From sequence record MK599315.1: 64,000 nucleotides of DNA; one strand, 5' to 3'. The notes beneath the pieces are model-generated. The model had not been told where the DNA came from. It made no database searches and saw only the letters and a list, made by a program, of their open reading frames with translations. This document shows positions 49,692 to 59,728 of the stretch, in pieces (position 1 is the stretch's first letter; each line of letters starts with the position of its first letter). The position numbers and the translations under genes are program-made.

Positions 49692-50438
49692 ATGTCTCAA
49701 CAATCCCAAGGCCCTGCCCTCTCTCCGTTCTCTGTAATGTCCACTTGGCTACATGCTGATCCGGTAGAAGGTTCTCAGAAACGTCCTAACCTGCGTTTCG
49801 GTGTCTTTGGTAACGTACCTCGCCTGACCGTACGTACTAACGTTCAAGGTGATCTGAATAACGGTAAGATTGAATTCAAAACTGACCTGGCTACTTTTGC
49901 AGCTGCAATGAAGTATGCACGGGATCTTGTCGATGGTAAAGATGTTCCTCAAGAACGTAAGTTTGTTCACCAAGATGACTTTGTTGGCGGTAAAAAGATC
50001 GATAAGATCATTCCGATCACCACACTGGTAATCGGCCGCGAACAGAACTCTGGTCGTATTTACATTGCTCTTATCTCTTCTCAGCAACAGCGCCCGCGTA
50101 TTCGGTTCTTCTTCGGTCCGTCGAAATATCACACCATCCTGAATGGTGATGGTTCTCCCATCTCTCCGAAAGAGATGTCCGAAGCTTACGCTACCGGTTT
50201 CCTGGAACCGGCCACTGCAATCATTTACCAGATGATGGTAAGCAGTTTTGACCAGAACGCTAAGAACGTAGCCAACCCAGCTAACTTTGGTAACGGTGGC
50301 GGCGGTGGTCAACGTCAAGGTGGCTATAATGGCGGCAACCGTGGTGGTAATAGCGGTGGTGCTCCTCAAGGTTACAATCGTCCGTCCTCCGGTGGTTTCC
50401 AGGACAATGGCTTTGACGATTCCATTCCTGACTTCTAA
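49692..50438 (+). CDS. chmC: ChmC-like nucleus-associated RNA-binding protein (phiKZ gp67-like)
   Basis: Immediately upstream of the gp68-like gene; folded domain plus a long N/G-rich disordered tail. Confidence 0.75.
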   Translation: MSQQSQGPALSPFSVMSTWLHADPVEGSQKRPNLRFGVFGNVPRLTVRTNVQGDLNNGKIEFKTDLATFAAAMKYARDLVDGKDVPQERKFVHQDDFVGGKKIDKIIPITTLVIGREQNSGRIYIALISSQQQRPRIRFFFGPSKYHTILNGDGSPISPKEMSEAYATGFLEPATAIIYQMMVSSFDQNAKNVANPANFGNGGGGGQRQGGYNGGNRGGNSGGAPQGYNRPSSGGFQDNGFDDSIPDF

Positions 50439-50447
50439 ATAAATCTA

Positions 50448-50484
50448 CAGCATCTCTTTGGTAAACACCGAGAGATGCTGTATG
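50448..50484 (+). terminator. Terminator-like hairpin
   Basis: CAGCATCTCT...AGAGATGCTG-TATG. Confidence 0.65.
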
Positions 50485-50500
50485 CCCTCTATTTCCTGAC

Positions 50501-50528
50501 ATTAAAAAATATCTCAGATCTATATTAC
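50501..50528 (+). promoter_or_regulatory. Early promoter
   Basis: ATTAAAAAATATCTCAGATC-TATATTAC (50521-50528). Confidence 0.85.
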
Positions 50529-50560
50529 AACTGTGCATCACCAGAACTAAAGAGGTATAA

Positions 50561-52138
50561 ATGCGCATCGACGTTACTGGGGTACAAGGCAACGGCTTTG
50601 TGGAAGTAACCACTAGCCATAAAGGAAACGAAATCAAGTGGAGTACAAGGGCTTATAGCAAAGTAAAACTCAATGATCCAACTCGTGTTTTCAAGGAATT
50701 TAATGATTACCTAGAAAGCTGCGATGAGGCTGATCAAGATCGTATCTGGAACAGCTATGTCAAAATCAACGATCTGTTCAAGATGGACTTCGAACCGGCG
50801 CACATCTCCAGTACGCTGATCCATTACATCCATGAACTGTACTCAGCTCTGCCAATGAACAAACTCCGTCGTTGGCTGTTGACTATTGGTAATCTGCATA
50901 TTCCACCAGAGATCCAGAAAACGATCACTGATGAATCGCGCTACACCAAGCGTGAGCAGACTTATCTTCAACATGACTACATCAACCTCGCTACTGTGGC
51001 ACTTGGTCTTCGACCGATGGTTCCGATTTGGGGAGAATACATTGATTCTGGTACGGATCAAGAACTCCACAAAGAAAACGAAGTTGTTGGTTTGATTAGC
51101 CGTTGTGAAATTGCTAACTGGCCGCTACTTGAAAAAGATGAAGTGGGTGAAGATGTAGATGCGGCATTTGACAAACTGGAAGGGTACGTCAAATTCTGCG
51201 TTGAAGATGAACCGACTACTTTGGGTAGCCTTTGGCGTGGTATGAGTTCAGTTGAAATTCCAGTACATCTTCGTTCGAAGGTTCTGGTTCGCCGACTGAC
51301 AATCGTTCCTCTGAACGATCCAATGTCCCACTCTATCGTAGCTAACACGTTCCGTTACGTACGTAGCAATCTCAATCCTGCCGAGCGTAGTCCAACTGAT
51401 CGCGTTAATGAAAAGCGTCCAGAAGGCGGCGGTGGTGACGACGAAGATAAAACTTCGTTTATTGAGGCACACAAGACGAAAGGTCGAGTTAGCCCAGGTG
51501 ACATTGAGGCATACAACATCGATGCGATGGATTATGAGCTACTGGCACAAACGGTAGATCCTACTATCGACATGGAGAAACTGAGAAAATGTATTAGTTG
51601 CGTGAGTCAGGTCGCGAACTTTGAGATCCGTCCTCACCAAGTACTACTGGCACAATGGGTAATGGCAAAAGCTTTCCCGGCGCGTGCTTTCTATCATATC
51701 TCCAAACTGCCAGTCAATACACTGTTGGCAACTACCCAGGCTCTACTGTGGCATTGGGGTTACCTTGATGTAGCTGTGTTCCTACAAGTCGAACCTGTTT
51801 ATCACGGTGAACATGGATCGACTAATCAGCTTAGTAATACCCGAAGTGGTTCGAGAATTGCTCAGAAGTATAAGGCACAGCTCGATGAACTCTATCCGCA
51901 TATGAAACTCGCTAAGGTCCCCCAATCGGGAGAGATTCCTAAGCCAGATAACATGGCGGGTATTGCAGTGAATAACTGTAACCAGTCCATCCGCTCCTCT
52001 ACTTGGATCTATCATGGTCCACCTGAGCTGTTCAAGCTTTCTGGTCAGATTGCTCAGAACAACATTCTGATTCCACCTCCAAATATCAAGCACACGATCA
52101 CCGAAGTGGTTCTACACCTCGCTCAGATCAACCAGTAA
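50561..52138 (+). CDS. Non-virion RNA polymerase sigma-like subunit (phiKZ gp68-like)
   Basis: 525 aa; synteny; LRPMVPIWGEY and QWVMAKAFPAR. Confidence 0.8.
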   Translation: MRIDVTGVQGNGFVEVTTSHKGNEIKWSTRAYSKVKLNDPTRVFKEFNDYLESCDEADQDRIWNSYVKINDLFKMDFEPAHISSTLIHYIHELYSALPMNKLRRWLLTIGNLHIPPEIQKTITDESRYTKREQTYLQHDYINLATVALGLRPMVPIWGEYIDSGTDQELHKENEVVGLISRCEIANWPLLEKDEVGEDVDAAFDKLEGYVKFCVEDEPTTLGSLWRGMSSVEIPVHLRSKVLVRRLTIVPLNDPMSHSIVANTFRYVRSNLNPAERSPTDRVNEKRPEGGGGDDEDKTSFIEAHKTKGRVSPGDIEAYNIDAMDYELLAQTVDPTIDMEKLRKCISCVSQVANFEIRPHQVLLAQWVMAKAFPARAFYHISKLPVNTLLATTQALLWHWGYLDVAVFLQVEPVYHGEHGSTNQLSNTRSGSRIAQKYKAQLDELYPHMKLAKVPQSGEIPKPDNMAGIAVNNCNQSIRSSTWIYHGPPELFKLSGQIAQNNILIPPPNIKHTITEVVLHLAQINQ

Positions 52139-52157
52139 AATTCAAGAGGTAAATTAC

Positions 52158-53792
52158 ATGCACGGAATCAACATGGGCATTTCCGCTGGTGCAGCTGTCA
52201 ATTCGAAGCTGTCCGTACAGAACTTTGTTCTGGTGGAAACCGGCACCTATCAAGAACAGCACATTCGACCTTTCTCGATTAATGCTAACCAAGAAGTAGC
52301 TCGTCAACTGGAACAAGCTACAAATGGTGGCATGAACCTTCGGGTAAGTGCTGTACAAGAAGTAGCTTCTTCGGTTATCACTCCCCAAGCATCGGTAGAA
52401 GGTAGTGTCGGTATTGCACATGGCTGGCGTTCTCGCCGGTTCCGCTTCTTGATGAAAGTGAATGAGCAACATCCATTCATTGCGGGAACGCTGACTCAAC
52501 GTATCTTCTTTGGCTATAGTGACCACGCTGACGCATCTCAGAATTATCTGCCGGATGACATGCGTATCTACTTCAACTCCGAAACTATCATTGCTCAAGC
52601 TATTCAACAAACCATTCATGGTCCCCAACACGTTGCGTCGATCGTAGGTTCCAACCAGATCGTTTCTCCTGTTGACATGATGGGTGGAATGAATGGAATG
52701 TTCTCTCGTGCAACTGCTCACCTGATCCGTCCTGAAGATATCTTTAGTATTGGTCAAACAGCGCATGTGGCACAGAAACTGCAAAGCTCTGGTTTGTTTG
52801 ACGGAATGATCAATCGGTCCATCGACCATCGCACGATGGTTGGTGAAGGAGGAGCATACAAGTATAGCCAACGTCGAGATACCTCTCCAACTCGTTATCT
52901 GTCGAATACTCTTGGCGCATACCAACATGCTGTCAAAGAGAATGCAATGGAGAACCAAGGGGATGATCTGTTCGGGGCTCCTGATAAAGATGTAATGTTT
53001 GGTGAAGCTGCTGCACAGTGCAGGAACCAGCAGATCCATACTAACACCTTCTTGGCTGTTCTTAAAGATCATGCCGGGTATATGGAGAATGGCTATATCA
53101 CTTTCCGTGATCTCAAGCGGCTCTTCCCTGAATGCGGCACCCAACAGGTTACTCAGTTCTCCATGAACGATGGCCGTTCAATCCGTCGTATTTCTCAGGC
53201 AGAAGACTCCGAAGTTTGGAGCGGTGCAGACTATACCTCCATTGGTGCAAGTCTGTTGGCACAGACCATTCCGTCGATCATGATGGATACCTTCCTCCGC
53301 ACTTGCTCGTTTGCTGTAACTAATGGTACTGGTCCGAATAACTATTCGTTCGAGTTCCATCCGCAGAACTCTAAGGCTATCATTGATAACCTGGACATGC
53401 GTCAATACATTCTGGAATTCGAACGCCGCCTGGCTATCGATATCCTGAACAACATCACCCGTGGTAACCAGCTGCCGTTCCGTATCTCGATGCATTCGGA
53501 CTTGGCTGGTGACTCGATCATCGATATTGCCATCGGTGGTCAGTCGCTGACTCGTTTCATTGCACCGACCTTTACGGATAGTCTGTTCTCCCCGATGATT
53601 ACCCGTAACGAGCAACACCCGACTAACCTGTCTGGTGATATGCTGTGGCTGGTACAAGAAGTAATTCCCAATCCGACTCAACATCAGGCTCTTCAGTCTG
53701 TCGGTTACCAACATCCGGTAGCTGCACCCATCATGATGCCTAACGCTATTAACCAAGGAGCAAGCAATGTCGTTGATCTTGGACTCGTATAA
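52158..53792 (+). CDS. picA: PicA/Imp1 phage nucleus protein-import factor (phiKZ gp69-like)
   Basis: 544 aa directly after the gp68-like gene; ETGTYQEQHIRPF and GWRSRRFRF. Confidence 0.75.
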   Translation: MHGINMGISAGAAVNSKLSVQNFVLVETGTYQEQHIRPFSINANQEVARQLEQATNGGMNLRVSAVQEVASSVITPQASVEGSVGIAHGWRSRRFRFLMKVNEQHPFIAGTLTQRIFFGYSDHADASQNYLPDDMRIYFNSETIIAQAIQQTIHGPQHVASIVGSNQIVSPVDMMGGMNGMFSRATAHLIRPEDIFSIGQTAHVAQKLQSSGLFDGMINRSIDHRTMVGEGGAYKYSQRRDTSPTRYLSNTLGAYQHAVKENAMENQGDDLFGAPDKDVMFGEAAAQCRNQQIHTNTFLAVLKDHAGYMENGYITFRDLKRLFPECGTQQVTQFSMNDGRSIRRISQAEDSEVWSGADYTSIGASLLAQTIPSIMMDTFLRTCSFAVTNGTGPNNYSFEFHPQNSKAIIDNLDMRQYILEFERRLAIDILNNITRGNQLPFRISMHSDLAGDSIIDIAIGGQSLTRFIAPTFTDSLFSPMITRNEQHPTNLSGDMLWLVQEVIPNPTQHQALQSVGYQHPVAAPIMMPNAINQGASNVVDLGLV

Positions 53793-55083
53793 GTCTGTAC
53801 TCCCCTCGTTCGCCTGCGAGTTCGATGAAGAAGGTTATATCAGCCTCCGTAATCCGGTAGGTACTGCTTCTCCTTCGACCGTAGACGGTAAACGTCTTGT
53901 AATCCCAACCGATAAGTTCCTTCGCAAGGGATTCGGTGAAGACTTCCAGCCGTTCCACCCGCTGAGTGAAGCATTGAGTCGCCGGGGTACTTCCCCGGTG
54001 ATTCAGTATCTGCAACGCGCAGCAAAAGCACACATTAGTTTCGTCGTCCACAAAATGGCCGAACAACTTCTGACCATCGCAGCGGACAAGTCGTCCCACA
54101 AGGACCTGCCGCCGGATGCAACTGACTTCCTGAAGAAACTGGCAGATGCGGATAAAGCAACTGTCGGTCTGTTCGAGAAACTGATGCCTGCTGCTACTAA
54201 GAAGAACCGACTGGTTGCAGTTTACTTGAAGAATGGCGGTACTTTCGATGGTAAGAAAGTAAACCGTATGGCGATCATTCGCTTCCCGATCCTGGAAGAT
54301 CTTCAGGCTGAAACTGATGATGTTCTTGGTATCAAGATGGCGAAGAAACAACGTAAGGTTCTCACTGCGCTGTTCAAACTGATCGTTCCGTTTGGTGACA
54401 ATCCGGAAGAGTATGCCTTTGGTACTACCAGCCGTGTTGCACCTTATTACACCAGTCTTCTGACTGCGTATCACAAAGTAATCGTGATGCTCAATCAGCT
54501 GATTAACCGGTACGCGATTCCACTGCAAATCCCCGTCAATCTTATTCCTGTGTTTGATCTGGATCTGATCGACGAGTTCCCGAAGATCTATAACCTTATC
54601 CCTCCGCTGAATGGCAACCTCGGTGGTCGTGATGAGGATACTCCGGAAACTGCCGAAGCTGTACAAACCCAGCAACAAGCACCGAGCGTTACTGCTCCAC
54701 AAGCCAGTACTCCTCAGCTGACTCGTCCCGCCGCAGTTGTTAGCAAACCTGTAGAAAAAGATACTGTCTCCATGAGCGAATTCATGGCTGCACAGAATCC
54801 CCAACCGCAGATGATGCAGCAGCAAATGGGAATGATGATGCCGATGAATAACGGCATGATGATGCCAGGCAATGGCATGATGCAGATGAATGGCATGGGT
54901 GGGATGATGCAACCTATGCAAATGGGTAACATGCAGCCCCAGGGTATCCAAGCGAACGCGCCCATTCCCGCGTGGATGGGTGGCCAACAACAGGGCATGA
55001 TGATGGGTAACGGTCAACCGGCCAACCCGTACATGCAGGCTGTGGCTGGCATGCGTCAAACCAATGGTCTTGGATTGGTGTAA
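53767..55083 (+). CDS. Conserved Chimalliviridae protein (phiKZ gp70-like) with a Q/M/G/N/P-rich tail
   Basis: FHPLSEAL.RRG.SPV motif; low-complexity C-terminus. Confidence 0.75.
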   Translation: MSLILDSYKSVLPSFACEFDEEGYISLRNPVGTASPSTVDGKRLVIPTDKFLRKGFGEDFQPFHPLSEALSRRGTSPVIQYLQRAAKAHISFVVHKMAEQLLTIAADKSSHKDLPPDATDFLKKLADADKATVGLFEKLMPAATKKNRLVAVYLKNGGTFDGKKVNRMAIIRFPILEDLQAETDDVLGIKMAKKQRKVLTALFKLIVPFGDNPEEYAFGTTSRVAPYYTSLLTAYHKVIVMLNQLINRYAIPLQIPVNLIPVFDLDLIDEFPKIYNLIPPLNGNLGGRDEDTPETAEAVQTQQQAPSVTAPQASTPQLTRPAAVVSKPVEKDTVSMSEFMAAQNPQPQMMQQQMGMMMPMNNGMMMPGNGMMQMNGMGGMMQPMQMGNMQPQGIQANAPIPAWMGGQQQGMMMGNGQPANPYMQAVAGMRQTNGLGLV

Positions 55084-55088
55084 GACGG

Positions 55089-55122
55089 CATAAAGCAGGG
55101 GGCCTTAGGGTCCCCTGCTATT
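55089..55122. terminator. Bidirectional terminator
   Basis: CATAAAGCAGGGGGCC-TTA-GGGTCCCCTGCT. Confidence 0.85.
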
Positions 55123-55125
55123 GCT

Positions 55126-55488
55126 TTAAAATTTTCGACTAGTGTAGAACTGTTGTAATGCACCGATCTCGTTGTTAGATGGCTTGATCAAGATATTGTT
55201 GTACACTTTGTCTAAAGGGTTACGGACATCTGCTGCAAACTGGTTTGGATTTTCCATGCCATTAACACGCAAATAAATCCAATGGAGTTCAGGCTCAATA
55301 CCGATCTCTGTTAAATACCCATAAAAGTTTCCTTCGTATTGCCAGTACAACTCATTCGGAATCTCTACTCTAACCGAGTTGATATTACGGAGAATGTTGA
55401 TATGTGTTTCGACAATTAAACGGAAAGCTGGATCATAAAACATTGATGCTCCACCGTCACCGGTTTGTTCCATAATTGTAAATGCCAT
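55126..55488 (-). CDS. Conserved 120-aa protein, possibly LysM-like / baseplate gp53-like
   Basis: YEGNFYGYL...PELHWIYLRVNGMENP pattern. Confidence 0.55.
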   Translation of the reverse strand: MAFTIMEQTGDGGASMFYDPAFRLIVETHINILRNINSVRVEIPNELYWQYEGNFYGYLTEIGIEPELHWIYLRVNGMENPNQFAADVRNPLDKVYNNILIKPSNNEIGALQQFYTSRKF

Positions 55489-55500
55489 AGAGGAATCCTA

Positions 55501-55529
55501 CAAAAAAATAATTTTCACATCTATATAAT
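55501..55529 (+). promoter_or_regulatory. Early-type promoter variant for nvRNAP beta
   Basis: AAAAAAATAATTTTCACATC-TATATAAT. Confidence 0.6.
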
Positions 55530-55561
55530 CATTCTGCACCAACGATCAACAGGAGTTATAG

Positions 55562-57673
55562 ATGCAAAGTCTACCAAATGCCATCCGTGAAATTAACCTG
55601 CGTTTGCTCGGTCACGCGGCAATTGATCCATATTACGGAACAACCTCCGCGGCACGCGGTGCCATGTTGCTGTCACATATTGGACAATCGCCAGTAGTGG
55701 AAGGGAACGAGCCACGTCGGGTAATGGCGGGTATCGAAATGCGTTATGCTGAACATACCTTCGATATTCGTTTCCCAACGGATTGCGTTGTTCTGAATAT
55801 TATCCGTAAGTATCCCACTGGTGTGGGTCGTGGATCTATTCGACATAACCCCGTAACTACGATCGTGTATGAGGAGTATTACGACGAGTTTAAACGAATC
55901 GGTGTTATCCATGTACCAGAGTACCTAAGCTTTCACCAGGACTTTGGATTCAAACTTGAGAAGCAGAAAGATGTATGGAATAACCTTGCCGTTGGCGAGA
56001 TGTTTGCCAAAGATACGGTTATTGCACAATCCACAACTGTAAAAGAAAATGGTCTTCTGGGAATGGGCGTTAACGCCACCGTGATGTTCGGTTCTATGCC
56101 TGGTACTATTGAGGATGGTTTCGTATTCTGCGATGAGTTCCTTCGGGAGAAGATGGCTCCTCGTACTTATACAACCGCTACTGGCGGAGCTGGTAAGAAA
56201 GCATTCTTCCTCAATATGTACGGTGACGATAAAAACATCAAGCTCTTCCCTGATATCGGTGAACGTATTCGTGATGATGGTGTTATCTTCGCTGTTCGAG
56301 ACCTTGATGACGATCTCTCGCCAGCTGAAATGACTCCACGTGCATTGCGCACTCTCGATCGTACGTTTGACCGTGCCGTAATTGGTGATCCGGGCGCAAT
56401 CATTAAAGACATCAAAGTGTATTGGGATGATCGTCAAAATCCATCTTATACTCCGAGTGGTATGGATGGACAACTGCGGAAGTACTATGACGCACTGGCG
56501 TCGTATTACCGTGAGATCATCAAGGTATATAAAGGTCTGTCTGCCCGCCGTAAAGATCGCCTCCATATGACCGAGGAGTTTCGTCAACTTGTAGTAGAAG
56601 CGATGATCTATCTGCCTCAAGCCGAAGGTCAACGTAAGCTGACCCGTATGTATCGACTGGATCAACTTGATGAATGGCGTGTTGAAATCACCTATGAATC
56701 GATTAAAGAACCGGGCGGTGCATATAAAGCCACTGATTTCCATGGCGGCAAAGGTGTCGTTTGTAAGATCATGAAGCGAGCAGATATGCCTCGTGACGTG
56801 AATGGTAACGTTGCAGATGTTGTTATCTTTGGCGGCTCGACTATGCGTCGTTCTAACTATGGTCGTATCTATGAACATGGTTTCGGTGCAGCATCTCGCG
56901 ATCTGGCTCAACGTCTCAGAGTTGAATGTGGGCTAGAGCGTCATGGTTCCTATGAACTTGACGACGTTGTAAACCATATCAGAAACAATCCTGACTTTAT
57001 CAAGTATGCCTTTAATGAGCTGCTTGATTTCTATGCAATCGTTACTCCGACAATGCATGGAATGGTTAAGGATCACCCGAATCCGATTCAACATGTATCG
57101 CATGTATTGAGAGATGGTTTTGCGTACTTGTATTCCCCGGTTGATGACCCCGTACATTTGCCGACAGCAAGTAACCAAATCCTTAATTCTCGCTTCTGTC
57201 CAACATATGCACCGGTGACATATCGAGATCAAACAGGTAAAGAAGTAACGACAAAAGACCCAATGTTGCTTGGCCCGCTATACATGATGCTGCTCGAAAA
57301 GATCGGTGAAGACTGGTCGGCCGTAGCATCGGTGAAGACTCAACAGTTTGGTCTACCATCGAAACTGAATAACTCCGATCGGTCCAGTACACCTGGTCGA
57401 GAAAGCGCTATTCGTTCGTTTGGTGAATCTGAGACTCGATCTTACAACTGTACGGTCGGTGCACTACCCACGGTAGAACTGTTGGATCAAACCAATAACC
57501 CCGAAGCACACATTGCTGTGATCAACTCTATCCTCACTGCGGATAAACCGTCCAACATTGAGAAAGCAGTTGATCGTTCCAAAATCCCATTCGGTAACTC
57601 CCGACCAGTTGGACTTCTGTCGCACTTGTTGGAATGCCGTGGATTGCAGTTCAAGTACGCGCCCGGTGTTTAA
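55562..57673 (+). CDS. Non-virion RNA polymerase beta subunit (phiKZ gp71-73-like), uninterrupted
   Basis: SAARGAMLLSHIGQ, IEDGF, GGKGVV, RSNYGRIYE, FGESE. Confidence 0.92.
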   Translation: MQSLPNAIREINLRLLGHAAIDPYYGTTSAARGAMLLSHIGQSPVVEGNEPRRVMAGIEMRYAEHTFDIRFPTDCVVLNIIRKYPTGVGRGSIRHNPVTTIVYEEYYDEFKRIGVIHVPEYLSFHQDFGFKLEKQKDVWNNLAVGEMFAKDTVIAQSTTVKENGLLGMGVNATVMFGSMPGTIEDGFVFCDEFLREKMAPRTYTTATGGAGKKAFFLNMYGDDKNIKLFPDIGERIRDDGVIFAVRDLDDDLSPAEMTPRALRTLDRTFDRAVIGDPGAIIKDIKVYWDDRQNPSYTPSGMDGQLRKYYDALASYYREIIKVYKGLSARRKDRLHMTEEFRQLVVEAMIYLPQAEGQRKLTRMYRLDQLDEWRVEITYESIKEPGGAYKATDFHGGKGVVCKIMKRADMPRDVNGNVADVVIFGGSTMRRSNYGRIYEHGFGAASRDLAQRLRVECGLERHGSYELDDVVNHIRNNPDFIKYAFNELLDFYAIVTPTMHGMVKDHPNPIQHVSHVLRDGFAYLYSPVDDPVHLPTASNQILNSRFCPTYAPVTYRDQTGKEVTTKDPMLLGPLYMMLLEKIGEDWSAVASVKTQQFGLPSKLNNSDRSSTPGRESAIRSFGESETRSYNCTVGALPTVELLDQTNNPEAHIAVINSILTADKPSNIEKAVDRSKIPFGNSRPVGLLSHLLECRGLQFKYAPGV

Positions 57674-57699
57674 CCGGGCTGCACGCCAAGAGGTAAATA

Positions 57700-59673
57700 A
57701 TGAATCAGTATAAAGCACGTGATCTTCTCAATATGAGTTACGATGAACTCTGGGCGATTCCAAGTGAATGGCATGAGATCATCTTTGATGACGGGGAGAA
57801 ACTCTATGCAAAAGATCGGATCACCAAGCTGTCGGTTCTGCTCTGGTATCCACTGAAAGCTTTCCCTGATGCCCCGGTTCTGAAAGATTACCATCTGGCA
57901 TCTACTCGGGTTACCTCTAAATCTCTTGTGAAATACCTGAACAAAGTTATTTGGGGTATTCATGCATGGAGTGGTGAACAGATCGATCCAGAGGTTTTGG
58001 CTAAACTGGCTATTGAAGGAAAGAATTGGCTTTATAATGAAACCACTACTCGACTGAGTGCTTACATTGCAACCCTGTCGATCTTTGACATTATGGAAGT
58101 GTACAATCACCCGGCAGTTAGAAAGGCTAACCAAGATGTACAGCCTACTACGTACGGGATTGAAAACATTTCTTACGGGATGATCAAAGAAGCATTCAAC
58201 GACGAAACACAGTTCCGTGGTAACAGCATCATTGAGGGCCTGCGCTCGGGTACGCAGAAAATGGAGCAATTGCTTCAGGCATACGGACCACGTGGTTTCC
58301 CGACAGACATTAACTCTGATATTTTCAGTGAGCCGTGTACCACTGGTTACATTGATGGTATTTGGGGTTTGTATGAAAACATGATCGAATCCCGATCGGG
58401 TACCAAAGCTCTGTTGTATAACAAAGAGCTACTGCGTGTAACCGAGTATTTCAACCGGAAGTCTCAGTTGATTGCTCAGTATGTACAGAATCTACACACT
58501 GGTGATTGTAATGGTCACTTGATCGACTTCCCTGTAATGCAGGGTACGTTGAAAGCTCTTCGTGGCAAGTACTATCTGAACGAACAGACAGGTCAACTGG
58601 ACTGGCTGAAAGGGGATGAGAAACATCTTATCGGTAAAAAGATTAAGATGCGTTCTATTTTGGGATGTGTGCATCCGGATCCTCAGGGTGTATGTTCGCG
58701 GTGTTATGGGCGACTAAGTTTCTCTATTCCAAAAGGAACTGTCATTGGTCAGGTATCGGCTGTATCCATGGGTGACAAAATCACTTCTGCGGTATTGTCG
58801 ACAAAACACACTGATGCAACCTCGGCTGTAGAACAGTATCAGATTGGTGGCGTCGAAGCTAAGTACCTGCGAACTGGATCTGCGGCTGAAACTCTTTATC
58901 TGAAGAAAGAACTCTCGGGTAAAGGTTTCCGCTTGATGATCGGTCGTAACGAAGCCCAGAACCTGGCTGATATTCTGATGATCGATGACCTTAGTGCATA
59001 TCCAGCACCGAGTGCTTCTGAACTGACCCGTATTGGTTTGGTACGGACGGTTGATGGAGTAGACGAAGGCGATGTATTGACGGTGTCGCTGTATAACCGT
59101 CGAGCTAGTCTATCGACTGAAATGCTGCAACATATCAAACGTGTACGTTGGGAACTTGACGCTCGTGATAATATCGTGATCGATATGGCCGGGTTTGACT
59201 TTGCCCTGCCGTTCCTGACGTTGCCTAATAAGCACGTAAACATGTACGAAGTGATGAAGCGTATTCAGTCATTCCTGCACTCTGGTAGTGATACTGAAGG
59301 GTCTAAACTGAGCTCAGATAAGGTAGGTTTTACTAGCAAGACTTATCTTAAGAACTACAAAGACCCAGTTGATGCTTTGGCAGCCACTGTGTCGCTGTTG
59401 AATGAGAAGTTCTCTTTGAATGCCGTTCACTGTGAGGTTCTGGTTTATGCTATGATGGTGCGCTCTATCGCTGAACGCGATTATCGTCTGCCTAAGCCGG
59501 GTATTACGGGTCAGTTTGAAAAATACAACAAACTGATGATGTCCCGTTCTCTTGCTGGTGCGATGTCGTTTGAGAAGCAACATGAGCCGTTGAACAATCC
59601 TGGCAGTTTCCTCTACACACTGAGGAATGACCATCCCTACGATCTTGCGGTCATGGGAGGTAAGCTGCTCTAA
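57700..59673 (+). CDS. Non-virion RNA polymerase beta' C-terminal subunit (phiKZ gp74-like)
   Basis: MRSILGC...VCSRCYG zinc site; LSTKHT. Confidence 0.92.
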   Translation: MNQYKARDLLNMSYDELWAIPSEWHEIIFDDGEKLYAKDRITKLSVLLWYPLKAFPDAPVLKDYHLASTRVTSKSLVKYLNKVIWGIHAWSGEQIDPEVLAKLAIEGKNWLYNETTTRLSAYIATLSIFDIMEVYNHPAVRKANQDVQPTTYGIENISYGMIKEAFNDETQFRGNSIIEGLRSGTQKMEQLLQAYGPRGFPTDINSDIFSEPCTTGYIDGIWGLYENMIESRSGTKALLYNKELLRVTEYFNRKSQLIAQYVQNLHTGDCNGHLIDFPVMQGTLKALRGKYYLNEQTGQLDWLKGDEKHLIGKKIKMRSILGCVHPDPQGVCSRCYGRLSFSIPKGTVIGQVSAVSMGDKITSAVLSTKHTDATSAVEQYQIGGVEAKYLRTGSAAETLYLKKELSGKGFRLMIGRNEAQNLADILMIDDLSAYPAPSASELTRIGLVRTVDGVDEGDVLTVSLYNRRASLSTEMLQHIKRVRWELDARDNIVIDMAGFDFALPFLTLPNKHVNMYEVMKRIQSFLHSGSDTEGSKLSSDKVGFTSKTYLKNYKDPVDALAATVSLLNEKFSLNAVHCEVLVYAMMVRSIAERDYRLPKPGITGQFEKYNKLMMSRSLAGAMSFEKQHEPLNNPGSFLYTLRNDHPYDLAVMGGKLL

Positions 59674-59728
59674 GATGGAGGTCGAGGTAGGGAGGGCTTT
59701 GGCTCTCCCTTTCCCCTCGTTAATTTTT

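Noticed and set aside
57661-57679. GCCCGGT/ACCGGGC hairpin between nvRNAP beta and beta' genes as a terminator
   Set aside because: No U-tract; more likely a stabilising or processing hairpin, and not supportable further.
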